Below, one piece after another: positions 48,441-57,841 of a stretch of 64,000 bases of DNA. Location: the NCBI GenBank assembly GCA_049515895.1, contig JBEKTQ010000004.1, positions 83,564-147,563 of the forward strand. Reading direction: 5' to 3'. The position numbers were made by a program, and so were the translations under genes. Under the pieces are notes generated by a model, which saw nothing but the letters and a program-made list of their open reading frames with translations, was not told the origin of the DNA and ran no database searches. This DNA comes from Candidatus Bathyarchaeia archaeon. Lineage in GTDB: Archaea; Thermoproteota; Bathyarchaeia; Bathyarchaeales; Bathycorpusculaceae. How positions within the stretch are numbered: position 1 is the stretch's first letter; every line of letters starts with the position of its first letter.

Positions 48441-49388
48441 TCAGACTATTGTATCAGCTACCATTTTCATTTTTTCCAGAATCAATCTTACTTTTTCGAG
48501 TGGCGTCATTCTAAAACCACAATCCGGATGAATATATCTGATGTTCTCTCTTCCGACAGTTTCCTCAATTCTGTAATATCGCTCAATAATTGTTGTTTCA
48601 TCTTCAACATTGATGTTTGAGATGAACCCCACACCAAGTTTCTTACCATGCTCTTCCAGTGACACTTTTGAAACGATATTCAAATTCTCTTTTTCTTCCT
48701 CCCCACTAAATCCTATATTCAAAATTGGAATACCAGACTCTAACAAGACATCATAGAGATTGGGAACATTTCTTATTGACCCGCAGACGTGACAGCTGAC
48801 TTTTTCTTCTTCAATCGCAAACGCTGGAAGCCGAATAACGAAATCCTTCAAAATCTTTTTTGCTGATTCAAGGGGTACTCTGCCAGTTGAAAGCAGAGGT
48901 TCGTCAATCTGTATGTAGGCTCCGATATTAAGTGCTCTCTGCACCAAAGGCAAGAGGGCGTCGCAAAAATCAGAATACAAAGTGTCGTCTTCGTCTAAAT
49001 CATAATGCTCCAATGTACTTTCCATATCCGCCAAAGCACAAACAGTACCTAACGTCATTGGACCTGTAATTGTAATTTTGACCTTAACATTCTCTTTTCC
49101 TAAATTTTTCAGAATTGATTTGACTCTTCTGTAATCGTGGATCTTATAGAACTCGTCTATCCTATCTCGTTCCATGGGCTCAATTTTTCCAACAATCCTT
49201 AAACCGTCTCCGAGTCTTTCTAGACCCGGAATTTGCTCAAAATACTGAATCATATTGCCCCGTTGTTCGCCATCTGTTATCAGATTAATGCCAGAATATA
49301 ATTGCAAATCAACAATTTCCCTAATTGCATTTTCAAGAGGACTTTCAGATCTAGGAAAACTCCCGATAACGGTCGTTTCTATTGGCAT
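48441..49388 (-). CDS. Cobalamin-independent methionine synthase catalytic-domain-like protein (second copy)
   Basis: TTVIGSFPR, TDGEQR, TGPMTL, IQIDEP, CHVCG, HPDCGF. Confidence 0.8.
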   Translation of the reverse strand: MPIETTVIGSFPRSESPLENAIREIVDLQLYSGINLITDGEQRGNMIQYFEQIPGLERLGDGLRIVGKIEPMERDRIDEFYKIHDYRRVKSILKNLGKENVKVKITITGPMTLGTVCALADMESTLEHYDLDEDDTLYSDFCDALLPLVQRALNIGAYIQIDEPLLSTGRVPLESAKKILKDFVIRLPAFAIEEEKVSCHVCGSIRNVPNLYDVLLESGIPILNIGFSGEEEKENLNIVSKVSLEEHGKKLGVGFISNINVEDETTIIERYYRIEETVGRENIRYIHPDCGFRMTPLEKVRLILEKMKMVADTIV

Positions 49389-49497
49389 GAAAAAAGTTAC
49401 ATAAATCTAAATATTTAAACCACGCGAGTGGACATAGGAATTTAGAAGTTTAAGTCACTTTTGAATCCGGTATTTCAGAGAATAGCAAAGCATTAGC

Positions 49498-49641
49498 CTG
49501 AAGGAAGCGCTGGTATCTTGCAAATCTAATATTGTTTTAAACGTGACTTAAACTGTCAATAGTTGTCTTTCCATGAGAACAGAATTCTAGTTTGGGCTCA
49601 GTAAGAATCCAAGAACTAGTTACAAAAAGCCTTGAACATCA
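49498..49641. repeat. ~145-bp non-coding direct repeat, copy A
   Basis: Aligns with 56148-56290 (TATCTTGCAAATCTAATATTGTTTTAA, CGTGACTTAAACTGT, TCTTTCCATGAGAA, CAGAATTCTAGTTTGGGCTCA), with scattered indels. Confidence 0.9.
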
Positions 49642-49653
49642 TGCCTTTTAAGT

Positions 49654-51150
49654 TCATATCTGAAAATCTGCCGTGCGTTTACTGTTTCGCTCTGCTCTTT
49701 TCCCCAATAAGAATGCTCCAATAGCAACTGATACAATCACTATTGCCACTACCCCAGTTACTGTTAGTTCTATAGGCAGTAAAGATGGCGAAGGTGAAGG
49801 CGACGAGCTGGATGTAAGGGTGGGTGTTGCTGTAGGAGAAGGAGGTGCTGTTGATTGCGTTGAGGTTGGAGCTGGGGTTGGTGATTGCGTAGGTGAAGGA
49901 GTAGGCGACTGAGTAGGCACAGGAGTTGGCGTTGGAGTCGCAGTTGCCGAGACCGTAACCGTTGCAGCAGTGGACTGAGCAGAAGTCGCGCTTAAATTGT
50001 CAGCAACCGTCGCAGTAATCAAATAAGAACCCACAGAGCTAGGAGTAAAACTAAAAGTTGATGGCAACTGAAAACCCTGAGGAGACCCATTCACATACCA
50101 CTGATAAAACGTGTAATTTCCCGAACCACCACTAGCAGTAGCCGTAAACACTTTAGTCTGATCAACAATCAAATTAGCAGATCCAGGGGAGACAGAAACG
50201 GAGGGAGCAACAATCACCGTAACCGCCACAGAGTTTGAAGTTACCACTGCCGAAACCGAATCAGTTACCTGGAGCTCAAAACTCCAAGATCCAGTGGTTG
50301 TAGAACCAGAAGTTACGAAAGAATAGCTGGATGAAGTCGCACCGCTGATCGAGGAGAAAGAACCTGCACCAGGAGCCATCTCAAGCCACAGGTACTGGTA
50401 AGGTGAAGTTCCCGTCAAGACAGCATTAGTGTACAAGGTGATAGTTTGACCTTGATCAACCATGCTCCTAGAAGCAGAAGCGGTCGGGGCGGTCAAAGCA
50501 GAATTTACCGTAACCGAAGCCGCTGTGGAGTTTATCGCTGCTGCAGTGCTATCCGTTACTTGAAGAATGAAGCTCCAGCCGCCTGTAGCTGTAGAGCCTG
50601 AAGTGACAAAGTTGAAACTTGCCGAGTTTGCACCTACCGTAACATAGTTTCCGTTATGGGCCTTCTCAAACCATTGGTATGTGTAAGGAGCAGTACCTGT
50701 TGTCACTGCTGATGAGGTTAAACTGGAGGATTGACCCTGATTAACTGTATTCGGGGTAGGCGTCGCTGTCGGGGCAGCCAGAGTGGCGTTCACCGTAACC
50801 GACGCGGCATTCGATTGGGCAGAAGTCGTGTTTGCGCTGTCGGTAACCGTTGCAGTAATCAAGTAAGAACCCACGGAAATAGGAACAAAACTGAATGTTG
50901 ACGCATTCTGCCCAGACTGCGCTGCTCCATTCACGTACCACTGATAAGATGAGTAAGTTCCTGAACCGCCGCTAGGAGTAGAATTGAACAGTTGAGATTG
51001 ACCCACATCCAAAGTAGCAGATCCAGGAGATACAACAACAGTCGGAACAACATCCGCACTTATCACTGACACTGCGAAAGCAACAAACAAAAAGAAGACA
51101 ATGAGAAGGATGCAGCCAACTCTCAAAGTCTTTGTTGTCTCATGCTTCAT
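49654..51150 (-). CDS. Surface protein with four Ig/PKD-like repeats (A-B-B-A), Pro/Thr linker and C-terminal TM
   Basis: Repeats VSPGSA.L.V.Q...GGSG.Y..YQWYVNG and V.QGQ...TGT.PY.Y.W.E. Confidence 0.85.
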   Translation of the reverse strand: MKHETTKTLRVGCILLIVFFLFVAFAVSVISADVVPTVVVSPGSATLDVGQSQLFNSTPSGGSGTYSSYQWYVNGAAQSGQNASTFSFVPISVGSYLITATVTDSANTTSAQSNAASVTVNATLAAPTATPTPNTVNQGQSSSLTSSAVTTGTAPYTYQWFEKAHNGNYVTVGANSASFNFVTSGSTATGGWSFILQVTDSTAAAINSTAASVTVNSALTAPTASASRSMVDQGQTITLYTNAVLTGTSPYQYLWLEMAPGAGSFSSISGATSSSYSFVTSGSTTTGSWSFELQVTDSVSAVVTSNSVAVTVIVAPSVSVSPGSANLIVDQTKVFTATASGGSGNYTFYQWYVNGSPQGFQLPSTFSFTPSSVGSYLITATVADNLSATSAQSTAATVTVSATATPTPTPVPTQSPTPSPTQSPTPAPTSTQSTAPPSPTATPTLTSSSSPSPSPSLLPIELTVTGVVAIVIVSVAIGAFLLGKRAERNSKRTADFQI

Positions 51151-51239
51151 TCCATTTCATCTGTGATTGTACTAACGATGCAAAGCAGATTTAACACTTT
51201 ATCTTGACTCAGCTTAAAAGCCAAAAACAAAAAGAGGTG

Positions 51240-51793
51240 CTATTTTTTGGTTATTCTCTTTCTGATAAATACTGTTGATAGCAGTATTGCCACTGCAAAA
51301 ATTGGCGAATTATCAAAGTTGGAAACTCTGGAACGGTCGGAGTTGATGTAGGTGTTAGTGTTGTGGAAGGATGTATTTGTGTTGGAAGAACAGTGACCTG
51401 TATTCCTGATGGTTGGAAAGCGTCATACACTGAATTGTTTGCAGAATCGCTTACTCTGATAGAGATGTCATATATTCCAGTTGAGGAGGCAGTAAAATTA
51501 AAACGTGAACTATTAGCACCTGATACAGCGGTTAGATTTCCTTCTGGACTGGCGGTTGGAGTATTGGGGTCTTTTGACCACAACTGTGTATACCACTGGT
51601 AACTGTATGGCGGTGTCCCCATACTGGCAGTTGCGGTGAATTCAACTGGCTGATTCACAAATGTTGTTGTAGGTCCGGGTTCAACGTCTACGCCTATCTG
51701 TGCCTCAACAGTCTGAGCTACTATCATTGTTAGGATTGAAAAGGTTAATACAAGAACAAGAAGCAATGAGAAACTCTTGCTGATACTACCCAT
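51240..51793 (-). pseudogene. Exported Ig-like protein whose PEF-CTERM anchor is disrupted by a 1-nt deletion near 51306
   Basis: Restoring one base gives PEFPTLII(L)PIFAVAILLSTVFIRKRITKK*, matching the anchor of 56288..57610; could be an assembly error. Confidence 0.7.
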
Positions 51794-51830
51794 ACTTACT
51801 TTTAGAGACTGTTTACGATAAAAGGCTTCT

Positions 51831-51872
51831 CGTAAAAGTCTCTTGACTGGTTTTAGTCAAAGTTTCTTGACC
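51831..51872. repeat. Double pseudo-palindrome, copy 1
   Basis: CGTAAA-AGTCTC-TTGACT-ggtttt-AGTCAA-AGTTTC-TTGACC. Confidence 0.9.
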
Positions 51873-51912
51873 TAACAAACAGAGGGGGTATACACCCAAC
51901 CGTGGGAAAAGG

Positions 51913-52033
51913 TCATTGATTTAGCTTAATGGTTTTTCGATGCCTAAGTATCAGAGCAACAGAGAACATAGAAAGAAGCAAAGGCAGAATTACCATCCAA
52001 TGGTAACTCTGGAACCGATGCAGTTGAGGAAGA
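51913..52033 (-). pseudogene. Orphan C-terminal anchor module (VPEL / WMVILPLLLSMFSVALILRHRKTIKLNQ*)
   Basis: Anchor peptide split over two frames and not joined to any ectodomain. Confidence 0.65.
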
Positions 52034-52103
52034 GGAGAATTCGCAAGATGATTAGCTGTTTTTTTGTATATGAGAGAGTATGCCCAAAAAACTATCTCCA
52101 AGT

Positions 52104-52799
52104 TTAGGGTGGGTTAACACTAAAGTAAATTGTCTGCGCTTCATCTCCATACCCAGTTTGTGCATTTGCCTCTGTAACAACAGAAATTTGCAATTCATGT
52201 AAACCAGTTGATAGCCCATTGAGTGTCATGTTACCATTAAACCATACCCAGTTAGCGTTATCTAAACTATAATATGAATACAAAACCTTAGAATTAATAT
52301 GATAAGTTATGTCGACTTGATTGGAGTTATAGGTTTGATTTCTAGGGGAAATTACAGTAAGTACTGGGTAAATGAATGAGGTATCTACGGTGAATGTTTC
52401 GTTTTCAGGTGTGTCTATCCTTCCATTAGCGTAGTGAGCAGTTATCGTGAATGTGCAATTGCCATCGGCTAAGTTTGTTAATGTTTTATTAATAAAATAT
52501 TCAGAAGAAAAGGGAGAATGCAGCATTACTGAGCCATCAATTACTTTATGATTACTATTGGTTACGGTGTAAGTACAGTATAGAACTACTCCTCTAGCAG
52601 GGTAATAACCCATTGAAATGTTTACAGTTGTTTCGTTGGTAGTCCCCAATGGAACACTATAACCAGACAGAAGAGTTCCACCCAAGCTACGAGGTGAAGG
52701 GCTACCACTTGAAAAATCAACAATAAAACTAACGTAAAAAAGAGAAACACATAAAAAAGCTACCAATGCCCCTGCGATTAACACGATTTTCTTGTTAAT
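52104..52799 (-). CDS. Exported Ig-like protein; probable ATT start at 52799 (alternative GTG 52784)
   Basis: ORF-track start 52877 lies inside repeat copy 2, upstream of the TATA-like box; N-terminal TM, P.L.VISP.NQTY...YSLD motif. Confidence 0.75.
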   Translation of the reverse strand: MNKKIVLIAGALVAFLCVSLFYVSFIVDFSSGSPSPRSLGGTLLSGYSVPLGTTNETTVNISMGYYPARGVVLYCTYTVTNSNHKVIDGSVMLHSPFSSEYFINKTLTNLADGNCTFTITAHYANGRIDTPENETFTVDTSFIYPVLTVISPRNQTYNSNQVDITYHINSKVLYSYYSLDNANWVWFNGNMTLNGLSTGLHELQISVVTEANAQTGYGDEAQTIYFSVNPP

Positions 52800-52847
52800 T
52801 ATCTCTTCCTCATAATCATGACGGTTCTGCCTAGATAAAAGCCTATT

Positions 52848-52889
52848 CGTAAAAGATTCTTGACTAATTTTAGTCAAGGTTTCTTGACT
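52848..52889. repeat. Double pseudo-palindrome, copy 2
   Basis: CGTAAA-AGATTC-TTGACT-aatttt-AGTCAA-GGTTTC-TTGACT. Confidence 0.9.
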
Positions 52890-52998
52890 ATGAACTGGTC
52901 TATTTCTACGCTATGCAGATTTAAGACTTATTGCTCTCACGGTGCAAATCTTAAAAGCTCATTTTTCTTATTAATTGCCATGGCGCTTCAACCGTTTG

Positions 52999-53040
52999 AG
53001 TAAAAGTTCCTTGACTAGACTTAGTCAAAGTTTCTTGATG
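52999..53040. repeat. Double pseudo-palindrome, copy 3
   Basis: AGTAAA-AGTTCC-TTGACT-agactt-AGTCAA-AGTTTC-TTGATG. Confidence 0.9.
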
Positions 53041-53078
53041 GTCCATAAAAGGTGGGTAATCTCTTTCTTTGAAAAAAT

Positions 53079-53783
53079 CTATTGATTCAAGTCAGCGGTT
53101 TTCCGATGCCTTCTATAAAATATCAGAGAAGCAATGGCAACCACAAACACTACAACTACTACCCAACCAATTACAACTGTTAAAGTTGGAAAAGGCTCTG
53201 GCTTAGTTAGGTTTGGTGGATACGTCTCAGTTAAGAAGATTACAGTGGCAAAACTATGGGAACCGTCATGTGTATTAGCGTAAGCCGTTACTGTATGGTT
53301 TCCATCAGGGATTTCGCTGAAGTTTACAGTTATTGAAGCATTAAGTGCCTCAATACCATGTGGCTGGATGCCGAATATTTGGTGAATCCCCTCAATCCAA
53401 TCTGCATTGTAATAAACACTGTTAATTACCCAAAAATACGAAGCCACGTTTACGTTTAACGTAAAGTTGTTTGTTTGCAATACCGTTTGATTCTCGGGAG
53501 ATACTATTTCGCAGATTGGAGCTATATGTGCAAGTTGGTCTGCTGGTGTCTGCAGAACGGATGAATTTGTATGCCAAAGAGTAAAAGAAACAGTTGGTTC
53601 TAGCGGTGTCGCAGTTGCAACAGGTGTGGGTTCAAGAGTAGATGAAGGTGAAGCGGTAGACGGCAACGCATAGGTTGTAGATAGAAGCCGTTTTTGTTGA
53701 TTAGATAAGTTAAATCCGCTAAATGCTAAAGCAACTAATGTGAGAAGCGTTAATGCCACCGTTTTTCTTTTCAGGTAAAACAC
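53079..53783 (-). CDS. Exported protein with Ig-like domain and PEPFPT-TM-RRHRKT anchor
   Basis: Signal peptide, IVSPENQT, GNHTVTAYAN, C-terminal TM. Confidence 0.8.
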   Translation of the reverse strand: MFYLKRKTVALTLLTLVALAFSGFNLSNQQKRLLSTTYALPSTASPSSTLEPTPVATATPLEPTVSFTLWHTNSSVLQTPADQLAHIAPICEIVSPENQTVLQTNNFTLNVNVASYFWVINSVYYNADWIEGIHQIFGIQPHGIEALNASITVNFSEIPDGNHTVTAYANTHDGSHSFATVIFLTETYPPNLTKPEPFPTLTVVIGWVVVVVFVVAIASLIFYRRHRKTADLNQ

Positions 53784-54037
53784 CCCGCATTAAGAAAACA
53801 AGAAGCGGTTACTTTTAGCTCTCCCTAAAGAACGCAGTGTTCCCCAAGAAGAATGGTAAGTTGCCCTTATTTTATGGGTTATTCTGAGTGCGGCATTAGC
53901 GCGCCGCGCTAACTATGATTAGTGAAGAAGCTCTGTTGTTCGCAAAGTATTTGAGAGGCGAAAAGAAAACTGGATTCCAAGAACAGGCAGCGTCTAATGT
54001 CTCATTTCCTCAAGGCAAGATTTGTCGTCTGCTCTTG

Positions 54038-54706
54038 TTAGGGAATGAGGGGTGTACTGGGGTTCGTTAAAACTTCTGCAACCTGCCCCTTTTGTAGGTC
54101 TACGTAAACGGCCACGTCCATACCTGCCTCATGAAGGTCCTCGGGCACTCTGAAACTTACACATGGGTAAGCATGAAAGGTTGTTTTGCCACCGAGTGAT
54201 TCTACCCATTCTCTCACACTTACATCATCAATGCTGGCGTTTCCACCATGAGCTTTGATGGTGTCGCTGGCTATTCGAAGGGTTTGCTCTTTCTGGTTCT
54301 GAGTCAAATTGGCAAGCGTGAGGTCAAAGTTGATTTCAATCGGGTCAGATGAGTTAAATTTTACTGGAACTTTCAGAGAGATTCCCACAACCCATGGCAA
54401 CTGTTGCGCGTTGGTAAGGATGCCCACCCAATAAATGCTATCGTACTGGAACACTCCATAAAGTTGGTAGCCTTTATCTGTCCATTGCTTTACTTCACTA
54501 TTAGCGAGGGCTACGTTAACAGCTTCCGCACTCTCAGCAGTGCCAGTTACATTTTGAGCTCCTGGTATTATGTTTGGCAGAGGGGGTTCTGGAGCTACCG
54601 ATTGTAGGTTGTTTTGTCTCCAAACGTTTTCATCGTAAGCCAAGACCGTAACGAGTAGAACCAATAGAATCGAGATTATAGCTATTACTAAAATCGCTTT
54701 CTTCAT
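54038..54706 (-). CDS. Exported hypothetical protein (start trimmed to MKKAILV)
   Basis: Signal/TM, internal two-fold similarity. Confidence 0.75.
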   Translation of the reverse strand: MKKAILVIAIISILLVLLVTVLAYDENVWRQNNLQSVAPEPPLPNIIPGAQNVTGTAESAEAVNVALANSEVKQWTDKGYQLYGVFQYDSIYWVGILTNAQQLPWVVGISLKVPVKFNSSDPIEINFDLTLANLTQNQKEQTLRIASDTIKAHGGNASIDDVSVREWVESLGGKTTFHAYPCVSFRVPEDLHEAGMDVAVYVDLQKGQVAEVLTNPSTPLIP

Positions 54707-54773
54707 TTTACCCCAAAATTGAACTTGACGTTTCAAATATTTAATTCTATACAATAGAACAGTCAACACAGGT

Positions 54774-54940
54774 AAGACAGACAGGGAGACAGACAGTGAC
54801 TATCAGACAGGGATACAGAGACAGAAATTGAGTTGGAGTGATAATGACTGACTGACAGACAGACATTAGGCACGCGCGTGCGTGAGTGGGTAGGAGTGAG
54901 AGTTAGTGAAAGCGTGAGTAAGTCAGTTTGAGAGAGAGAA
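54774..54940. repeat. Purine-rich low-complexity tract (GACA/GAGT units) between divergent genes
   Basis: agacagacagggagacagacagtgac...gactgactgacagacagac...gtgagtgggtaggagtgagagttagtg. Confidence 0.7.
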
Positions 54941-55005
54941 AGATTAAAATTTAATCCAAACCCAAACCTTTTATCTGTGAAAGAACGAAGATTTTTCCGA
55001 CCTGA

Positions 55006-55452
55006 ATGAAGCGAAGAAGCAGTCGCAATTTCATACTTGCAACTCTATTGATTGTAATTTTGGCTGCTACTATTTGGTTCTTAATTACTCTGCCTTCCGA
55101 TGTGTGTAGTGTTCACTTAGTTGCGAGTGTAACAAAAAACTCTGTTGTTATAAGTGAATGCTATTTGAAAAAGGAGAACATAATAGGATTAATTAGTCCC
55201 AAAGACAACATGCCAGTCAGGGCAAGCACAATAACATTATCAATCGGTGACGAGCTCGAAGCAGACGGTTATCGTTACCCATTTTTCGATGTTGCAAAAA
55301 CTTATGTGGGAACAGGAATTTACATTTTCAATTCACCTACAATTCCTATTTTAAAAACTGGCACTCCCCTGCTTGTTTCAGTTTGCGTATATAATCCTGA
55401 CGGCAGCGCATACGCTCAAACTGAAACAACCATACCTTTTCGGGATAATTAA
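55006..55452 (+). CDS. Exported hypothetical protein
   Basis: Basic N-terminus plus TM; TATA-like TTTTATCT upstream. Confidence 0.7.
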   Translation: MKRRSSRNFILATLLIVILAATIWFLITLPSDVCSVHLVASVTKNSVVISECYLKKENIIGLISPKDNMPVRASTITLSIGDELEADGYRYPFFDVAKTYVGTGIYIFNSPTIPILKTGTPLLVSVCVYNPDGSAYAQTETTIPFRDN

Positions 55453-55461
55453 ATGTGAATT

Positions 55462-55962
55462 TCAGGCAACGTAGGTTGAGCAGTTAAAACTGTAGGAATA
55501 ATTGGGCATTTCCAAACCCAATGTAGGAATAATGATTTCTTTATGGTCAATAGCATCTGAAGGTATTGTTGGTTCAGTTTGATTAACTTCAACGTGGATT
55601 CCAATGTAGAGCATGAATGTTTTTGGGCTCATCGAAGAGTTTTCGTCCACCCGCGTGTACACGAACAAGTGAATGTTTTGCAAGGACTTGACAGGGTCCT
55701 GAGTTGAACCTATCCAAGTAACATTACCGGTTACGATGTTCCAGCTATAACCCGGTCCACCTGCGCCTGATTTTCCGACAGCTGTAAGGTTGAGGTAGCG
55801 GCTCAAAGCTGGATCTACGGCTGCACTTGTCTGAAAGCTTTCTCCATCACCGCTAAAGCGCGTGCTATAAATGCCATGGTTGGTTTTTTGTGTATTCGTG
55901 AATAAACCAAGCGCTATCAAAGGTGATAAACATAAAACCGCAACCGCGACGATGACTATCAC
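55462..55962 (-). CDS. Exported hypothetical protein (start uncertain)
   Basis: N-terminal hydrophobic segment, sequons. Confidence 0.7.
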   Translation of the reverse strand: MIVIVAVAVLCLSPLIALGLFTNTQKTNHGIYSTRFSGDGESFQTSAAVDPALSRYLNLTAVGKSGAGGPGYSWNIVTGNVTWIGSTQDPVKSLQNIHLFVYTRVDENSSMSPKTFMLYIGIHVEVNQTEPTIPSDAIDHKEIIIPTLGLEMPNYSYSFNCSTYVA

Positions 55963-56147
55963 CTCTTTAAAACGATTATTCGTCTCTTTTCCTCTCCATG
56001 GGCAACTTGATTTTCAATTTTGGAAAGTATAGATAAACTTTCAGTTATTGTTAGCGCGATAGTGTAGATTTAGTTTTCATTAAGCTTCTTATTTGAGTTG
56101 AAGCAACATTTAAATTCTGGCATTTCAAGGAAAAATTATGTTTTCTT

Positions 56148-56290
56148 CTGAAGGAACGCTGCTATCTTGCAAATCTAATATTGTTTTAACGTGACTTAAA
56201 CTGTTACTTGCTCTCTTTCCATGAGAAACAGAATTCTAGTTTGGGCTCACATAAGAATCCATGAACTTGCCACAAAAGCCTTGAGGATCA
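56148..56290. repeat. ~145-bp non-coding direct repeat, copy B
   Basis: Aligns with 49498-49641; ends at the stop codon of 56288..57610. Confidence 0.9.
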
Positions 56291-57610
56291 TCGATTTTTT
56301 GGTATTCTCTTCCTTACAAATACGATTGATAAGAGGGTCATTACTGCTACAAGAAGTGGCAGAATTATCAAAGTTGGAAACTCTGGAATTGAAGGTGATG
56401 GATTGATAATTGTCGATGAACTTAACGGAGGAGAGCCAAAATTCGGAATAGACACGGGTTTCATTAGCGGATGATTATCTTGAATATCACCGAATGACGA
56501 CCCATAGACAGTGAAGTGATATGGTACATCCCAAGTTCCTGACGAATCTACTTCTGTAGCGTTTGGGTATTTGGTCAAATAGTCACTCCAATAGTTTCTG
56601 TCAACTATCTCGTAATCACCCGCTTCCAGCCAAACACCGCCTGAAAGGTTGTTCTCAGTTATAGTGTTGTGGCTTGAACCGAACTGCATGAAAACGGCGG
56701 GGGTGCCATTGATGGTGCAGTAAGTGATGTTGTTGCCTCCGGAGCCAAAGATGAAGACTGCGCTGGCAAAGCCATTTGTGGTGTTGGCGATGTAATCGTG
56801 GTAGAGTGTATCGTTGCCTCCTCCGTTGGTTTGGATGCTGAAATCAAAGTTTATGATGGCTAAGTTCTTAATTGTCACGTTCCAAATCTCTCGAGAAGAA
56901 GGGACTTGAGTTACATTGTTTGTTAAGTCTATTCCTGTTCCACCAAAGCCTTGAAGTGCGTAACCTTCACCATCAATTATGATGTTACTTTTTTGAACAA
57001 TTATGCTGCCTGAAATGTTGCCTGTTAGAAGGTAGAGGTTTCCACTGCGTTGAATGTTATTTGTTCCCTTCACCGAACCGTCAGCGTTGATATATGCGGT
57101 CTGCTGTGCCAATCTTAGTGAATTACTAAGGTCGTTGATAGTACCCTCTTTTTTCCTTAGTTGATTTTGTAGAGACAAAGTTTGGTTATACTCAAATATA
57201 GCAATGACTGAGCTTGCGACCAATAGAAGAGCAAGGGCGATTACTGGAATCCGCCACACGAGCTTCCTCTTGCCGTTGCCGAATGCTTTTTTCTTCTCTT
57301 TTGTTCTGGATTCAGCGACCTTTTCAACTGTCTCGACGCTTAGAAGGGCGTCTTTGCCTTGATCCGACAGGGCATACTTTCCGTATTCGTCGGTCTTAAC
57401 TAGAATTCCCAGCTTACTTAGGTGGTGTTGGAGATGTCCGCTGCTTTCAATGCCAAGCTTCTTCTTCAAGTCGGCAAAACCTAAAGGTCCTTCATTCAGA
57501 GCCTTCAAAATCAAAATGCGTGTCGGGTGACTAAGGGAATCAAAAACCTCGGCCCGCCGCCTGTCATCGGCAATATCGTCTTCAGCAGCCATCTTAATGC
57601 GATCCCTCAT
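56288..57610 (-). CDS. ArsR winged-HTH + TM + extracellular parallel beta-helix (NosD-like) + PEF-CTERM fusion protein
   Basis: FDSLSHPTRILILKAL...SSGHLQHHLSKL; TM; YINADGSV, NIIIDGEGYALQG, NYWSDY, DNHPLM; IPEFPT-TM-RKR. Confidence 0.85.
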   Translation of the reverse strand: MRDRIKMAAEDDIADDRRRAEVFDSLSHPTRILILKALNEGPLGFADLKKKLGIESSGHLQHHLSKLGILVKTDEYGKYALSDQGKDALLSVETVEKVAESRTKEKKKAFGNGKRKLVWRIPVIALALLLVASSVIAIFEYNQTLSLQNQLRKKEGTINDLSNSLRLAQQTAYINADGSVKGTNNIQRSGNLYLLTGNISGSIIVQKSNIIIDGEGYALQGFGGTGIDLTNNVTQVPSSREIWNVTIKNLAIINFDFSIQTNGGGNDTLYHDYIANTTNGFASAVFIFGSGGNNITYCTINGTPAVFMQFGSSHNTITENNLSGGVWLEAGDYEIVDRNYWSDYLTKYPNATEVDSSGTWDVPYHFTVYGSSFGDIQDNHPLMKPVSIPNFGSPPLSSSTIINPSPSIPEFPTLIILPLLVAVMTLLSIVFVRKRIPKNR

Positions 57611-57770
57611 GGGACTATTCTCAGAATCATATTTAATACCTCGTTATTAGACCAAAATGGAAAAACAGCTTCGACTGGACTCATTGCCTAACTCTCAGGT
57701 CTATATTTCTGGACAAAACTGTTTTCTTCGTTTACTTACTCTTGGAAACATTTTGCGATAAAAGGCTATT

Positions 57771-57821
57771 CGTAAAAGTTCCTTGACTAAATTATGTTCT
57801 TGTAGTCAAAGTTTCTTAACC
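57771..57821. repeat. Double pseudo-palindrome, copy 4 (15-nt spacer)
   Basis: CGTAAA-AGTTCC-TTGACT-N15-AGTCAA-AGTTTC-TTAACC. Confidence 0.85.
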
Positions 57822-57841
57822 AAACTTAGGTACACAGGTAC

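Noticed and set aside
48219-48620. 133-aa + strand ORF, plus ORFs at 43619-44013 and 56221-56406
   Set aside because: Overlap better-supported genes or a non-coding repeat with frame-breaking indels; implausible composition
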